NCBI RefSeq assembly: GCF_001194135.2
Contig: NC_068982.1
Coordinates: 58,711,976 to 58,775,975 of the forward strand
Length of the DNA: 64,000 nt
Direction of reading: 5' to 3'
Source of the DNA: Octopus bimaculoides
Taxonomy: Eukaryota
Under the pieces are notes generated by a model that searched no databases, was not told where the DNA came from, and saw only the letters and a program-made list of their open reading frames with translations. Shown here piece by piece: positions 12,301-25,677 of this stretch. The translations under genes and the position numbers were made by a program. Position 1 is the stretch's first letter, and the number at the start of each line of letters is the position of its first letter.

Positions 12301-12401
12301 ATAGTTTGCAAGAGGTGTAAACCAATTAGATTGAATGAATACGCTTATGTAGATACGTGTCTGATAATGTATGTATGTGTGTGTATGTATGTATGTATGT
12401 G

Positions 12402-12432
<31 letters not shown>

Positions 12433-12739
12433 GTATGTATGTATGTATGTATGTATGTAGGTGTGTGTGCGTGTATGTGTCTGAAAATGTATCAACCTGT
12501 GTGTATATATCTACGTATATATGTATATATATATATGTGTGTATGCATGATTAGGTATGTGAGTGTGTGTATCTGAATATAGAAATATATATATATATAT
12601 ATATACCTGTTTCACTATATATGTAAGAGTGTGTGAGTGGGTGTGTGTCTGTGTGTGTGCGCGCGCGGTCATGTATTGTGTATGTTACTATGTATGCGCG
12701 TCCGGATTAGGCGCGCATAAGCACATACGTGTATGTATG

Positions 12740-13140
12740 TGATCGCGTGTAAGCAATATGCTTTCCGATCACATGATACCGGCTTCAGTTCCACTGCATG
12801 GCACCTTGGGCACGTGTCATCTACCATAGCCCCGGGTAGACCAAAACCTTGTGAATGGATTTGGTTAACGGAAACTGAAAGAAGCCCGTCGTACGTGTGA
12901 GTGTGTGTGAGTCTTCGAGTATGTGTGTGTTTGTGTATGTGTTCGTATATGTGTTTGTACTCCACCACTGCTTGACTGTGTTTGTGTGCTTACGTTCCCC
13001 TAACATAGCAGTTGGGCAAAATGAACCGATACAATAAGTACCAGACTCAAAATGGTAAGTGCCGGGGTCAGTTTATTCAAACTAAATTCTTCGATGGGCA
13101 CTGCCTTAACATGCCGCACTGTAATGATTGAAGTAAGTGA
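12740..13140 (+). mobile_element. SINE family A, diverged
   Basis: Colinear with 13964-14362. Confidence 0.8.
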
Positions 13141-13166
13141 AAGATAATACAATATAATATAATATA

Positions 13167-13240
<74 letters not shown>

Positions 13241-13890
13241 GTATATATATGCATATATATATATATATACATATATGCATATATATATATATACATATAT
13301 ATATATANNNNNNNNNNNNNNNNNNNNNNNNNNNNNNNNNNNNNNNNNNNNNNNNNNNNNNNNNNNNNNNNNNNNNNNNNNNNNNNNNNNNNNNNNNNNN
13401 NNNNNNNNNNNNNNNNNNNNNNNNNNNNNNNNNNNNNNNNNNNNNNNNNNNNNNNNNNNNNNNNNNNNNNNNNNNNNNNNNNNNNNNNNNNNNNNNNNNN
13501 NNNNNNNNNNNNNNNNNNNNNNNNNNNNNNNNNNNNNNNNNNNNNNNNNNNNNNNNNNNNNNNNNNNNNNNNNNNNNNNNNNNNNNNNNNNNNNNNNNNN
13601 NNNNNNNNNNNNNNNNNNNNNNNNNNNNNNNNNNNNNNNNNATATATATATATACATGCACACACACACACACACACACATATATAAAGTTTTTACTTTC
13701 AACATGTATGAGGCACCACCGTGAAAGGATTTTGCCGAAGGAACCAATCCCTGTATTCTACGCACAGTTTGGTGCTTATTACATCAATCTCTAGTGCCGA
13801 TCCGCTATGTTACAGGGACATAGACAAACCGAAAACTGTTAAGATTTTGTGTGAAAGGGAACAAATAATGACACGCACACATACCTAATA

Positions 13891-13932
<42 letters not shown>

Positions 13933-13963
13933 CATACATTATATATTATACATATATTAAATA

Positions 13964-14362
13964 GGCGGAGGAGTGGGTGTTTAGTAAATAGCTTGCTTTC
14001 CAACCACATAGTTTCGGGTTCAGTCCCACTGCGTGGCACTTTGGGCAAGTGTCTTCTGCTATAGCCTCGGGCCAACCGAAGCCTTGTGAGTGGATTTGGT
14101 AGACGGAAACTGAAAGAAGCCTGTCGTATGTATATGTATATATATATCTATGTATGTGTGTGTCTGTGTTTGTTCCTCCGTCACCACTTGACAATCGTTG
14201 CCGGTGTGTTAACGTCCCCGTAACTTAGCGGTTAGGCAAAAACTGTCCGATAAAATAAGAACCAGGCCCAAAAAAATAAGTACTGGGGTCGATTCATTCG
14301 ACTAAAAATTCAAGGCGGTGCCCCCAGCATGGACGCTGTCTAATGACTGAAACAGGTAAAAG
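13964..14362 (+). mobile_element. SINE family A, full length
   Basis: Head, internal TA/TG tract and a tail ending GGCGGTGCCCCAGCATGG...AATGACTGAAACAGGTAAAAG. Confidence 0.9.
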
Positions 14363-14406
14363 TAGAAGTAAAAAATATGTATATACATACATACATACAT
14401 ACATAT

Positions 14407-14438
<32 letters not shown>

Positions 14439-15793
14439 GTGTGTGTGTGNNNNNNNNNNNNNNNNNNNNNNNNNNNNNNNNNNNNNNNNNNNNNNNNNNN
14501 NNNNNNNNNNNNNNNNNNNNNNNNNNNNNNNNNNNNNNNNNNNNNNNNNNNNNNNNNNNNNNNNNNNNNNNNNNNNNNNNNNNNNNNNNNNNNNNNNNNN
14601 NNNNNNNNNNNNNNNNNNNNNNNNNNNNNNNNNNNNNNNNNNNNNNNNNNNNNNNNNNNNNNNNNNNNNNNNNNNNNNNNNNNNNNNNNNNNNNNNNNNN
14701 NNNNNNNNNNNNNNNNNNNNNNNNNNNNNNNNNNNNNNNNNNNNNNNNNNNNNNNNNNNNNNNNNNNNNNNNNNNNNNNNNNNNNNNNNNNNNNNNNNNN
14801 NNNNNNNNNNNNNNNNNNNNNNNNNNNNNNNNNNNNNNNNNNNNNNNNNNNNNNNNNNNNNNNNNNNNNNNNNNNNNNNNNNNNNNNNNNNNNNNNNNNN
14901 NNNNNNNNNNNNNNNNNNNNNNNNNNNNNNNNNNNNNNNNNNNNNNNNNNNNNNNNNNNNNNNNNNNNNNNNNNNNNNNNNNNNNNNNNNNNNNNNNNNN
15001 NNNNNNNNNNNNNNNNNNNNNNNNNNNNNNNNNNNNNNNNNNNNNNNNNNNNNNNNNNNNNNNNNNNNNNNNNNNNNNNNNNNNNNNNNNNNNNNNNNNN
15101 NNNNNNNNNNNNNNNNNNNNNNNNNNNNNNNNNNNNNNNNNNNNNNNNNNNNNNNNNNNNNNNNNATATATATATATATATAATGTGTGTGTGTGTCTGT
15201 CTGTGTGTATGCGTAGGCATGTCGGATTTCTTTCAGTTCCGCCTACAAAATCCACTCACAAGGCTTTGGTCAGCCCGGAACTAAAACAGAGATGCCACGC
15301 AGTGAGATTGAACCTTGGACCACGTGTACGCGAAGCAAACTTCTTGTACATACATGCATACATACATACATACATACATACATTCACACACATACATGTG
15401 CATGTGTGTATGTATGTATGTATGTATGTATGTAATTATGAATGTATGTGTTTGTGTCCCACTCACATGCAGCGCATGTATACTTTTAAATATATATACA
15501 CGCGCATGCATACAAACAACCATACATACTTACATAAATACGAATAAGTGTGTGGGTTTGTGTGTGTATACATATTTATATATATATGTGCCTGTTTATA
15601 TACAGAAATACACATAGAGAAACAGATAAAAATACATATACATGCACACATGCATATATCTACGCATACATGCATAAATACATCGATCTTTCCATGATTG
15701 TAAGTATGTCTAGACGGATGGATGATACAGGAGTGGAAGACATTCAATAAATGAGCTGAACTTATTTAGGCGCAAGATTTCCTTTTTTTAGAG

Positions 15794-15835
<42 letters not shown>

Positions 15836-16609
15836 GTGTCTGTGAGAGTGTGTATATGCATATTTATATACAAATGCATTTATATATATATGCCTATATC
15901 TACGTATAAGTTATATATAATATATATATATANNNNNNNNNNNNNNNNNNNNNNNNNNNNNNNNNNNNNNNNNNNNNNNNNNNNNNNNNNNNNNNNNNNN
16001 NNNNNNNNNNNNNNNNNNNNNNNNNNNNNNNNNNNNNNNNNNNNNNNNNNNNNNNNNNNNNNNNNNNNNNNNNNNNNNNNNNNNNNNNNNNNNNNNNNNN
16101 NNNNNNNNNNNNNNNNNNNNNNNNNNNNNNNNNNNNNNNNNNNNNNNNNNNNNNNNNNNNNNNNNNNNNNNNNNNNNNNNNNNNNNNNNNNNNNNNNNNN
16201 NNNNNNNNNNNNNNNNNNNNNNNNNNNNNNNNNNNNNNNNNNNNNNNNNNNNNNNNNNNNNNNNNNNNNNNNNNNNNNNNNNNNNNNNNNNNNNNNNNNN
16301 NNNNNNNNNNNNNNNNNNNNNNNNNNNNNNNNNNNNNNNNNNNNNNNNNNNNNNNNNNNNNNNNNNNNNNNNNNNNNNNNNNNNNNNNNNNNNNNNNNNN
16401 NNNNNNNNNNNNNNNNNNNNNNNNNNNNNNNNNNNNNNNNNNNNNNNNNNNNNNNNNNNNNNNNNNNNNNNNNNNNNNNNNNNNNNNNNNNNNNNNNNNN
16501 NNNNNNNNNNNNNNNNNNNNNNNNNNNNNNNNNNNNNNNNNNNNNNNNNNNNNNNNNNNNNNNNNNNNNNNNNNNNNNNNNNNNNNNNNNNNNNNNNNNN
16601 NNNNNNNNN

Positions 16610-16660
<51 letters not shown>

Positions 16661-16924
16661 TTCAGGCCAGCGAATTCGTACATATTTACATATAAGTATG
16701 TATGTATGTATGTATGTATGTATGCATGTATATATGTATGGAGGTATGTTAATATATGTATATATATATGTATGTATGTATGTATATATATGTATATAAA
16801 CATACATATTTGCGTTTTGAGCAGCCTGCTTTCCAACTACTTGGTTCTGGGTTCAGTCCCACAGCGTGGCACCTTGGGCAAGTATCTTCTACTACAACTA
16901 TGGGCCGATATGCGTGTGTGTGTG

Positions 16925-17002
<78 letters not shown>

Positions 17003-17680
17003 TGTGCATTTGTTTGCTTGCATGTGTCGGGAGCTGAGAATCGTGGTGGTGGTAGCGGTGTAGATAAGTATCTTAAGCTATGTACATGTTAGAAACTACT
17101 ATACACGTGTGTGTAATACAGGCGTACTTGTATCTGTACTGCTGTAAACATACATACATACATACATGTATGAGTGTGTATATACATATATATATACGTC
17201 ATATGTAAACATATAAGTTTGTTTTTGAAGCGTTGAAATGTATTGTAGAACAAATAGAAAGATATATATATATATTGATAGAAAGGACAACAAAAGAAAG
17301 AATGAGACCTCGATATTATGTAAACAGAGGAATTTATCTGTAAAAAATATATCGCATATCGGTCCATAGTTGTAGTAGAAGATACTTGCTCAAGGTGCCA
17401 CGCTCTGGGACTGAACCCCGGCATCCGAAACTCGGAGTTTTATCATGGCTACCGAATAAGTGTNNNNNNNNNNNNNNNNNNNNNNNNNNNNNNNNNNNNN
17501 NNNNNNNNNNNNNNNNNNNNNNNNNNNNNNNNNNNNNNNNNNNNNNNNNNNNNNNNNNNNNNNGAAGGAGATAGTGCCAGGCGAAATATCTTTGAGGGGT
17601 CGAGAAAAGCGGAGCGAGAAAAGAGAGCTTGAAAGGAGAGCTTGAATAAATAATATGTCATGAAACCATTCATCATTTAG

Positions 17681-17870
17681 AATCAGAGGCCTCTGTAGTG
17701 GCGGTGCACCAGGAAGAATGTGGACCACATGTTATTGTGGCCGGTGACTTCACGACGATCACAAGGGTGAACTTTTCAATAATACGGCCAAAGATATTTC
17801 TTTGCGCTGTATCAGCAATGACCTAGTTGTGGGACCAATACGAAATTGTGGGTTTCACTTCATCTTAGTA
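17681..17870 (+). pseudogene. Possible decayed LINE apurinic-type (APE) endonuclease fragment
   Basis: One frame gives PHVIVAGDF (17725-17751). Restoring a single A joins it to the next frame as VIVAGDFNDDHKGELFNNTAKDISLRCISNDLVVG, resembling the GDFN and NxxG..L..C..NxL motifs. This depends on an inferred frameshift. Confidence 0.45.
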
Positions 17871-18214
17871 AGTGTAATCTAGATACGCCTAACTACAAGA
17901 TAACGTAGTTTTCATTAATGCTTCTAAAAAGGGAGGGATTGCAAGAGTTATATTATTAAGGTAATGTCGTTAGTGTATATTATTTCTGATTCTGATAATA
18001 TTTTATATCACGTTATATCATATTATATATAACATAATTTAATGTGACGCAATTTATATACTATGGGTATATTGTATATATAAAAAAGATAAACACACAC
18101 ACACATACATATACGTAAATACATATGTACATGCGAGTGAACATGCGCACACACACATATATAGTGTAAGTTACATATATTAAATACATTATATGTGTGT
18201 ATGTGTAAACTTAA

Positions 18215-18506
18215 CCCATTACCTACCAGTGATCTCATATGAGATCGCTTAAAAATTACAAATTTCGTAATAATCTGTCAATATTTATACATATCTAACC
18301 TTTTTGCTATATCTACTAGGTATATTTCTCTGATATTCAAATGAGGTTTGCTAATTTTTCACCCAATATCTCGCTTATTTCTATTTAAAATGTTATTTTG
18401 AAATGTTATTTTGATCATTCCAGCGTGTTTCTAAGACTGTTTTATGCTAGAAATCAAAGTTTCATAAAAAAAAATTCCAGTTAATAGAATTATGGGAGGT
18501 AATGGG
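18215..18506. mobile_element. piggyBac-type MITE (292 bp)
   Basis: TTAA at 18211-18214 and 18507-18510. 13-bp TIR CCCATTACCTACC / GGGAGGTAATGGG (1 mismatch). Internal 16-bp palindrome GATCTCATATGAGATC at 18231-18246. Confidence 0.85.
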
Positions 18507-19174
18507 TTAATATATATATATATATGCATATCCTTACATACTACATATGTGTAAACAGTCACATATTAAACAACCAGAACAGGTAAAAATCTACTAGAAA
18601 CTGAAATTTCACGCTTATAAACACATACACACATAGGATATATACGTGTGCGTGTGTGTCTGTACACGCCCGCGTGTGAGTGCATATAAAGCAAAGTAGT
18701 ATATTTTTGATTCATCAAGCTATCTATTTAATCACCAAGCGCACAATGTTTCAACAAGTAGTTGGTGCTATTATTTAACTTCTCGGGGAATTAAGCAAGG
18801 AGGAATAACCACTACCACACATCCAAATACACTACTGAAAAAAAAAAAAGAAAAAAAGATGGAATATACACAATGTTTGCGACAAGTTATCTGACGGGAC
18901 GACCAAATATTTCGGTGATAATTCATCGCGTCAGCTGCTGCTGAACTAAAGATGTATACTTAAATTAGCTACACGATAATACATACTGTGAATATAAAAT
19001 ACTGACTCTTAAGAAAAGGTACGGAAAAATAACATAAGGGTAATGAACTGGAGGAATATTATGAATTGGGCCGTTTGCCAGGGGCTGTATCGAAGATGGG
19101 GGAACCAAACCCCTAGACAGAATATTTTGACATAATCGCGGATAGTTTACAGCAGGAGTATCAGGCATTTGTCC

Positions 19175-19176
<2 letters not shown>

Positions 19177-19230
<54 letters not shown>

Positions 19231-19290
19231 GTCGGCCTGTCTGTCTGTTTATTTGTCTGTCTGTCTGTCTGTCTGTCTATCTGTCTGCTT
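19177..19290. repeat. (TATC)n grading into (TGTC)n
   Basis: Read directly from the sequence. Confidence 0.95.
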
Positions 19291-19523
19291 GCTTGTGTGT
19301 CTGTCTATACACAAACACATATATTTGTGTTCATGTGCATGCGTGCACATCAGTGTAGGGGCTCCACCCTGAAGGCTTTAGTTAATGGCAATACTTACAT
19401 AACAGACAGGTACTTATCTTTCCTTTCCCTTCTAGTCGAATTGCTATTAATACACACACACACACACACAGACATATATATATATATATATAATACAAAA
19501 AATATGAGTATAAGCATATATAC

Positions 19524-19568
<45 letters not shown>

Positions 19569-19574
19569 GTATAC

Positions 19575-19613
<39 letters not shown>

Positions 19614-19785
19614 CAAATATACATATGCATATAAATATGTATATATGTTTTAATATATATATATACATATGTATAGATATGAGTGTATATATATATATGC
19701 ATATATGTATGTATACATATGTATATATATGTATACATGCACACACACACATATATATACACGTATATATATTCATATATATACT

Positions 19786-19825
<40 letters not shown>

Positions 19826-20085
19826 CGTACTTCTATATCTATATAAATATGAATATATATACAGATATATTTATCTCTATATNNNNNNNNNNNNNNNNNN
19901 NNNNNNNNNNNNNNNNNNNNNNNNNNNNNNNNNNNNNNNNNNNNNNNNNNNNNNNNNNNNNNNNNNNNNNNNNNNNNNNNNNNNNNNNNNNNNNNNNNNN
20001 NNNNNNNNNNNNNNNNNNNNNNNNNNNNNNNNNNNNNNNNNNNNNNNNNNNNNNNNNNNNNNNNNNNNNNNNNNNNNNNNNNNNN

Positions 20086-20142
<57 letters not shown>

Positions 20143-20819
20143 TCTTTTATTCTTTCACTCGTTTCAGTCATTTGACTGCGGCCATGCTGGAGCACCGCCT
20201 TTAGTCGAACAAATCGATCCCAGGACTTATTCTTTGTAAGCCTAATACATATTCTATCGGTCACTTTTTGGCGAACCGCTAATTTACGGGGACGCAAACT
20301 TCTTGCCACACAGCCACGCCTGCGCATATATCGACTGGAATTCGGCAAAGTGCTACTTCTGGATGCCTTTTTAGTTCACAACCCCTACTTCTTCCCAAGC
20401 AACGTAATATTTGCTCATAGGGAAACATGTCTCTAACTGAAGAATGCGAATAATGGACACCGCGTGTGTGCCAGTGACACTTGTTTACAAGTTTCACGGT
20501 AACTTTAAACTAAGAGACACTAACATATTTTTTCTCACATATACACATAAATATATGAACATATATATATATATACGTGTGTATGTGTGTGTGTTTGTGT
20601 ACACAAACACATACATATGTATACATGTATATAAAAATATGTATCTATGTGTCTATACATATGTATATATACGTGTGTGTGTGTATCATGTATATGTGTA
20701 CATATATGCATATATATGTGTGCGTATAGATATATATATATATCTATACACACACATATATTGATAGATATACAAACATATACTTGCACACACAAACACA
20801 CTTAAAAAATGGATCAAAG

Positions 20820-21050
20820 GTCATTTTACAGTCATAAGCTAGTAAGGTCGGATTCTGTGGCCGGACTCCTGCATTTTCCAGCCAGCCACTGGGCGGTACG
20901 CTAATCCATCGCAGCATTGCTCAGTTTTTGGACTGGAGCAACGTGAAATGAAGTGTTTTGCTCAATAACACAACGCAGTGCCTGGTCGACGAATCGTAAA
21001 CAAAATCTTGCGATCATTAAGCGCAACAAACACCCTAACACCTACGCTAC
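20820..21050 (-). mobile_element. SINE family C, diverged
   Basis: GGACTGGAGCAACGTGAAATGAAGTGTTTTGCTCAA domain. Confidence 0.75.
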
Positions 21051-22076
21051 GTGTCTCTGTTCGCACCCGCCTCCACGCGCACGCACAGACCCCGCTCCAC
21101 ACAAGACGGGTCTCTTTTGGCTTCCGTTTACCAGATCTATTCACAAGTCTTTGGTTGATCCGGGGGTTGTACTTGAAGACATCTGCCCAATGTGCCACGC
21201 AGTGGGACTTAAACTGGGACCATGCGGCTATGAAGTGTACCTACGAAGCACATAGTCACCTTTCATATANNNNNNNNNNNNNNNNNNNNNNNNNNNNNNN
21301 NNNNNNNNNNNNNNNNNNNNNNNNNNNNNNNNNNNNNNNNNNNNNNNNNNNNNNNNNNNNNNNNNNNNNNNNNNNNNNNNNNNNNNNNNNNNNNNNNNNN
21401 NNNNNNNNNNNNNNNNNNNNNNNNNNNNNNNNNNNNNNNNNNNNNNNNNNNNNNNNNNNNNNNNNNNNNNNNNNNNNNNNNNNNNNNNNNNNNNNNNNNN
21501 NNNNNNNNNNNNNNNNNNNNNNNNNNNNNNNNNNNNNNNNNNNNNNNNNNNNNNNNNNNNNNNNNNNNNNNNNNNNNNNNNNNNNNNNNNNNNNNNNNNN
21601 NNNNNNNNNNNNNNNNNNNNNNNNNNNNNNNNNNNNNNNNNNNNNNNNNNNNNNNNNNNNNNNNNNNNNNNNNNNNNNNNNNNNNNNNNNNNNNNNNNNN
21701 NNNNNNNNNNNNNNNNNNNNNNNNNNNNNNNNNNNNNNNNNNNNNNNNNNNNNNNNNNNNNNNNNNNNNNNNNNNNNNNNNNNNNNNNNNNNNNNNNNNN
21801 NNNNNNNNNNNNNNNNNNNNNNNNNNNNNNNNNNNNNNNNNNNNNNNNNNNNNNNNNNNNNNNNNNNNNNNNNNNNNNNNNNNNNNNNNNNNNNNNNNNN
21901 NNNNNNNNNNNNNNNNNNNNNNNNNNNNNNNNNNNNNNNNNNNNNNNNNNNNNNNNNNNNNNNNNNNNNNNNNNNNNNNNNNNNNNNNNNNNNNNNNNNN
22001 NNNNNNNNNNNNNNNNNNNNNNNNNNNNNNNNNNNNNNNNNNNNNNNNNNNNNNNNNNNNNNNNNNNNNNNNNNNN

Positions 22077-22121
<45 letters not shown>

Positions 22122-23454
22122 TAGTGTTTGTATATATTTCAGTGAGTTGTGTGTATGTGTGTAATTATGAGTGCATGTATGTATACACAGTTTGGCTAGC
22201 GGCTACAGAGACTGAATGGGCCGAAACAGTTATCCATTCAGCAGTGCTTCCAACGCCACCATTACCACCGTCATCACAAGCCAACCACCCCAACGAACAG
22301 CAGCACCGCCAACATCATCCCCGTTATTCCAAAACATACGATTACTAGCTTCGCCACCAGACTCACTCTACCTCTTAAGTTTTCCTGCCAGCTAATTTTG
22401 GTATCTTTGTTTATGCGCGATGGCGGCAGCGGCGGAGGCGGTAGCGTTGACCTATGTTCAATTTAAATGTTTCCACAGTTAAAATGACTCAGTAATTGCC
22501 TAAGTTAAATTTCTTGACAATCTGAGTACGGAAGATAACGAGTTCGAACCGCATATATATATATATATATATATANNNNNNNNNNNNNNNNNNNNNNNNN
22601 NNNNNNNNNNNNNNNNNNNNNNNNNNNNNNNNNNNNNNNNNNNNNNNNNNNNNNNNNNNNNNNNNNNNNNNNNNNNNNNNNNNNNNNNNNNNNNNNNNNN
22701 NNNNNNNNNNNNNNNNNNNNNNNNNNNNNNNNNNNNNNNNNNNNNNNNNNNNNNNNNNNNNNNNNNNNNNNNNNNNNNNNNNNNNNNNNNNNNNNNNNNN
22801 NNNNNNNNNNNNNNNNNNNNNNNNNNNNNNNNNNNNNNNNNNNNNNNNNNNNNNNNNNNNNNNNNNNNNNNNNNNNNNNNNNNNNNNNNNNNNNNNNNNN
22901 NNNNNNNNNNNNNNNNNNNNNNNNNNNNNNNNNNNNNNNNNNNNNNNNNNNNNNNNNNNNNNNNNNNNNNNNNNNNNNNNNNNNNNNNNNNNNNNNNNNN
23001 NNNNNNNNNNNNNNNNNNNNNNNNNNNNNNNNNNNNNNNNNNNNNNNNNNNNNNNNNNNNNNNNNNNNNNNNNNNNNNNNNNNNNNNNNNNNNNNNNNNN
23101 NNNNNNNNNNNNNNNNNNNNNNNNNNNNNNNNNNNNNNNNNNNNNNNNNNNNNNNNNNNNNNNNNNNNNNNNNNNNNNNNNNNNNNNNNNNNNNNNNNNN
23201 NNNNNNNNNNNNNNNNNNNNNNNNNNNNNNNNNNNNNNNNNNNNNNNNNNNNNNNNNNNNNNNNNNNNNNNNNNNNNNNNNNNNNNNNNNNNNNNNNNNN
23301 NNNNNNNNNNNNNNNNNNNNNNNNNNNNNNNNNNNNNNNNNNNNNNNNNNNNNNNNNNNNNNNNNNNNNNNNNNNNNNNNNNNNNNNNNNNNNNNNNNNN
23401 NNNNNNNNNNNNNNNNNNNNNNNNNNNNTATATACTTACATATATATATATATA

Positions 23455-23498
<44 letters not shown>

Positions 23499-23535
23499 AA
23501 TATATATATATATATATATATAAATATATATATAT

Positions 23536-23758
23536 CTTATTTTTTACTTGTTTCAGTCGTAAGACTGCAGCAGTCCTGGGGCACTGCCTTGAAGAATTTT
23601 TAGTCGGGGAAATCGATCCTAGTTTTTATATTTTAAGCCTGATACTTATTCCATCGATCTCTTTTGCCGGACCTTAAATTACATGGACGTAAATGCACTA
23701 ACACAGGCTGTCAAGCGATGGCGGGGGTAAAAACATAAACACGAAGACACACACACAC

Positions 23759-23806
<48 letters not shown>

Positions 23807-23980
23807 CACGTCAGGCTTCTACCAGTTTCCGCCCACCAAATACACTCAGAAGGCTTTGATTGGCTCGAGGCTATAGTAGAAGAAACTCGCCCACAGTGCC
23901 ACTTGCCCAAGGTGCCATGCAGTGGGACTGAACTAAGAACGACGTGGTTGGAAGGAAACTTCTTACCACACAGCCACGCC
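23536..23980 (-). mobile_element. SINE family A, full length
   Basis: Head ends at CCACACAGCCACGCC. Internal (TA)n at ~23765-23800. Confidence 0.85.
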
Positions 23981-24074
23981 TATATGTGTGAGTGTATGTG
24001 TATACATATGTGAGAATATAGATGCAAACACACATACTCACAGACATAGATATGAATATATTTTTTTCAAATAT

Positions 24075-24240
24075 AGGCGTAGGAGTGGCTGTGTGGTAAG
24101 TAGCTTGCTTACCAACCACATGGTTCCGAGTTCAGTCTCACTGCGTGGCACCTTGAGCAAGTGTCTTCTACTATAGCCTCGGGCCGACCAAAGACTTGTG
24201 AATGGATTTGGTAGACGGAAACTGAAAGAAGCCAGTCGTT
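24075..24240 (+). mobile_element. SINE family A, 5' half
   Basis: GGCGTAGGAGTGGCTGTGTGGTAAGTAGCTTGCTTACC head. Confidence 0.9.
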
Positions 24241-25009
24241 TGATATATATATAGCGTGAGAGAGTTAGGGGTTCAACCCACTAAGGGATAGTATCTATCC
24301 AGTATACTGCTGGGAGGGTACTTTTGCTATGAATTAAATTAATGAATTCAACGGGATACACCGTCTGCAAGTAGTTGGGTTCAGCATATTATCCTCCATT
24401 TTCTAATTGTTATANNNNNNNNNNNNNNNNNNNNNNNNNNNNNNNNNNNNNNNNNNNNNNNNNNNNNNNNNNNNNNNNNNNNNNNNNNNNNNNNNNNNNN
24501 NNNNNNNNNNNNNNNNNNNNNNNNNNNNNNNNNNNNNNNNNNNNNNNNNNNNNNNNNNNNNNNNNNNNNNNNNNNNNNNNNNNNNNNNNNNNNNNNNNNN
24601 NNNNNNNNNNNNNNNNNNNNNNNNNNNNNNNNNNNNNNNNNNNNNNNNNNNNNNNNNNNNNNNNNNNNNNNNNNNNNNNNNNNNNNNNNNNNNNNNNNNN
24701 NNNNNNNNNNNNNNNNNNNNNNNNNNNNNNNNNNNNNNNNNNNNNNNNNNNNNNNNNNNNNNNNNNATATATACTCGTGTTTTGAGTTCTAATCTTCCTA
24801 TTTGCATCGCCAAATCTACAGATACATTTACGTATAGTCCGAACTCAGATACGAGCACTCCTCATCGTATATTGCGTACATCATAATTAGTCCAAGTGTG
24901 CTATTTTCAACGAAGATTTCAATTACGAAATATGCAAAACGATTTGGGATGAAAAGATTAAGTCTTTACAATGATGGAATGAACTGCAAGAATGGGCTGG
25001 TGTTAGCAG

Positions 25010-25171
25010 ATACAGGTTTCTTTCAGTGTCCGTCTACCAAATCCACTCACAAGGCTTTGGTCGGCCCTAGGTTATAGTAGAAGACATTTGCTCAAGGCGC
25101 CACGCAGTGGGACTGAACCCGGAACCATGTGGTTTGTAAGCAAGCTACTTACCACAGCCACTCCTGCGCCT
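25010..25171 (-). mobile_element. SINE family A, 5' half
   Basis: Ends in ACCACAGCCACTCCTGCGCC. Confidence 0.9.
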
Positions 25172-25677
25172 CTGTGTGTGTTGGGGGGGGGTTCTTTGTT
25201 TTTAATGCTTTCAGTTCTTCTAATGAAGACTTCAAATCTCTGAACACTTCTCCGTCAGAAGCCCCATCGCAGAAAATTGCATAACGGTATCGATGAATCC
25301 TTTCTACTATAGGTGGTATAATTGATTTACATCAACCCCAGTGCCCATCTTCATCAGCCTTGCAAGGATGGCACATATCGAACTTGAGAAATGCTACCTG
25401 CTTTTACCGTTCGGTTTACAGTGATATACACTCATACCTCGGCAGTACGGACTAAAAGTGGGGAACATCAGTTCAACGAAGCCGATTTTCCGTAGGTACC
25501 GACACTAAGGTTATGTTACGTTAACAGTGGTTAATATCAACAATTACATTACGAAAGACAGAGAAATAAATACAGTACTGTACTTTCGATCAATCTGACA
25601 GTGTAAAATACCTGTACATTGTAAATATACACTATAATACAGTAAATTCAACATTTTAAATTTAAAATCAGACTTAC

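Noticed and set aside
17682-17867. Exon-like frame with a single in-frame TGA (17745-17747), suggesting selenocysteine or A-to-I stop recoding
   Set aside because: A frameshifted APE endonuclease relic explains it more simply. I saw no SECIS element and no recognisable selenoprotein motif.
19036-19176. Protein-like frame NELEEYYELGRLPG...[15 protein letters not shown]
   Set aside because: Internal stop, no splice signals and no family match.
22420-22483. ATGGCGGCAGCGGCGGAGGCG start-like sequence
   Set aside because: A degenerate GGC repeat giving a 20-codon ORF with no donor.
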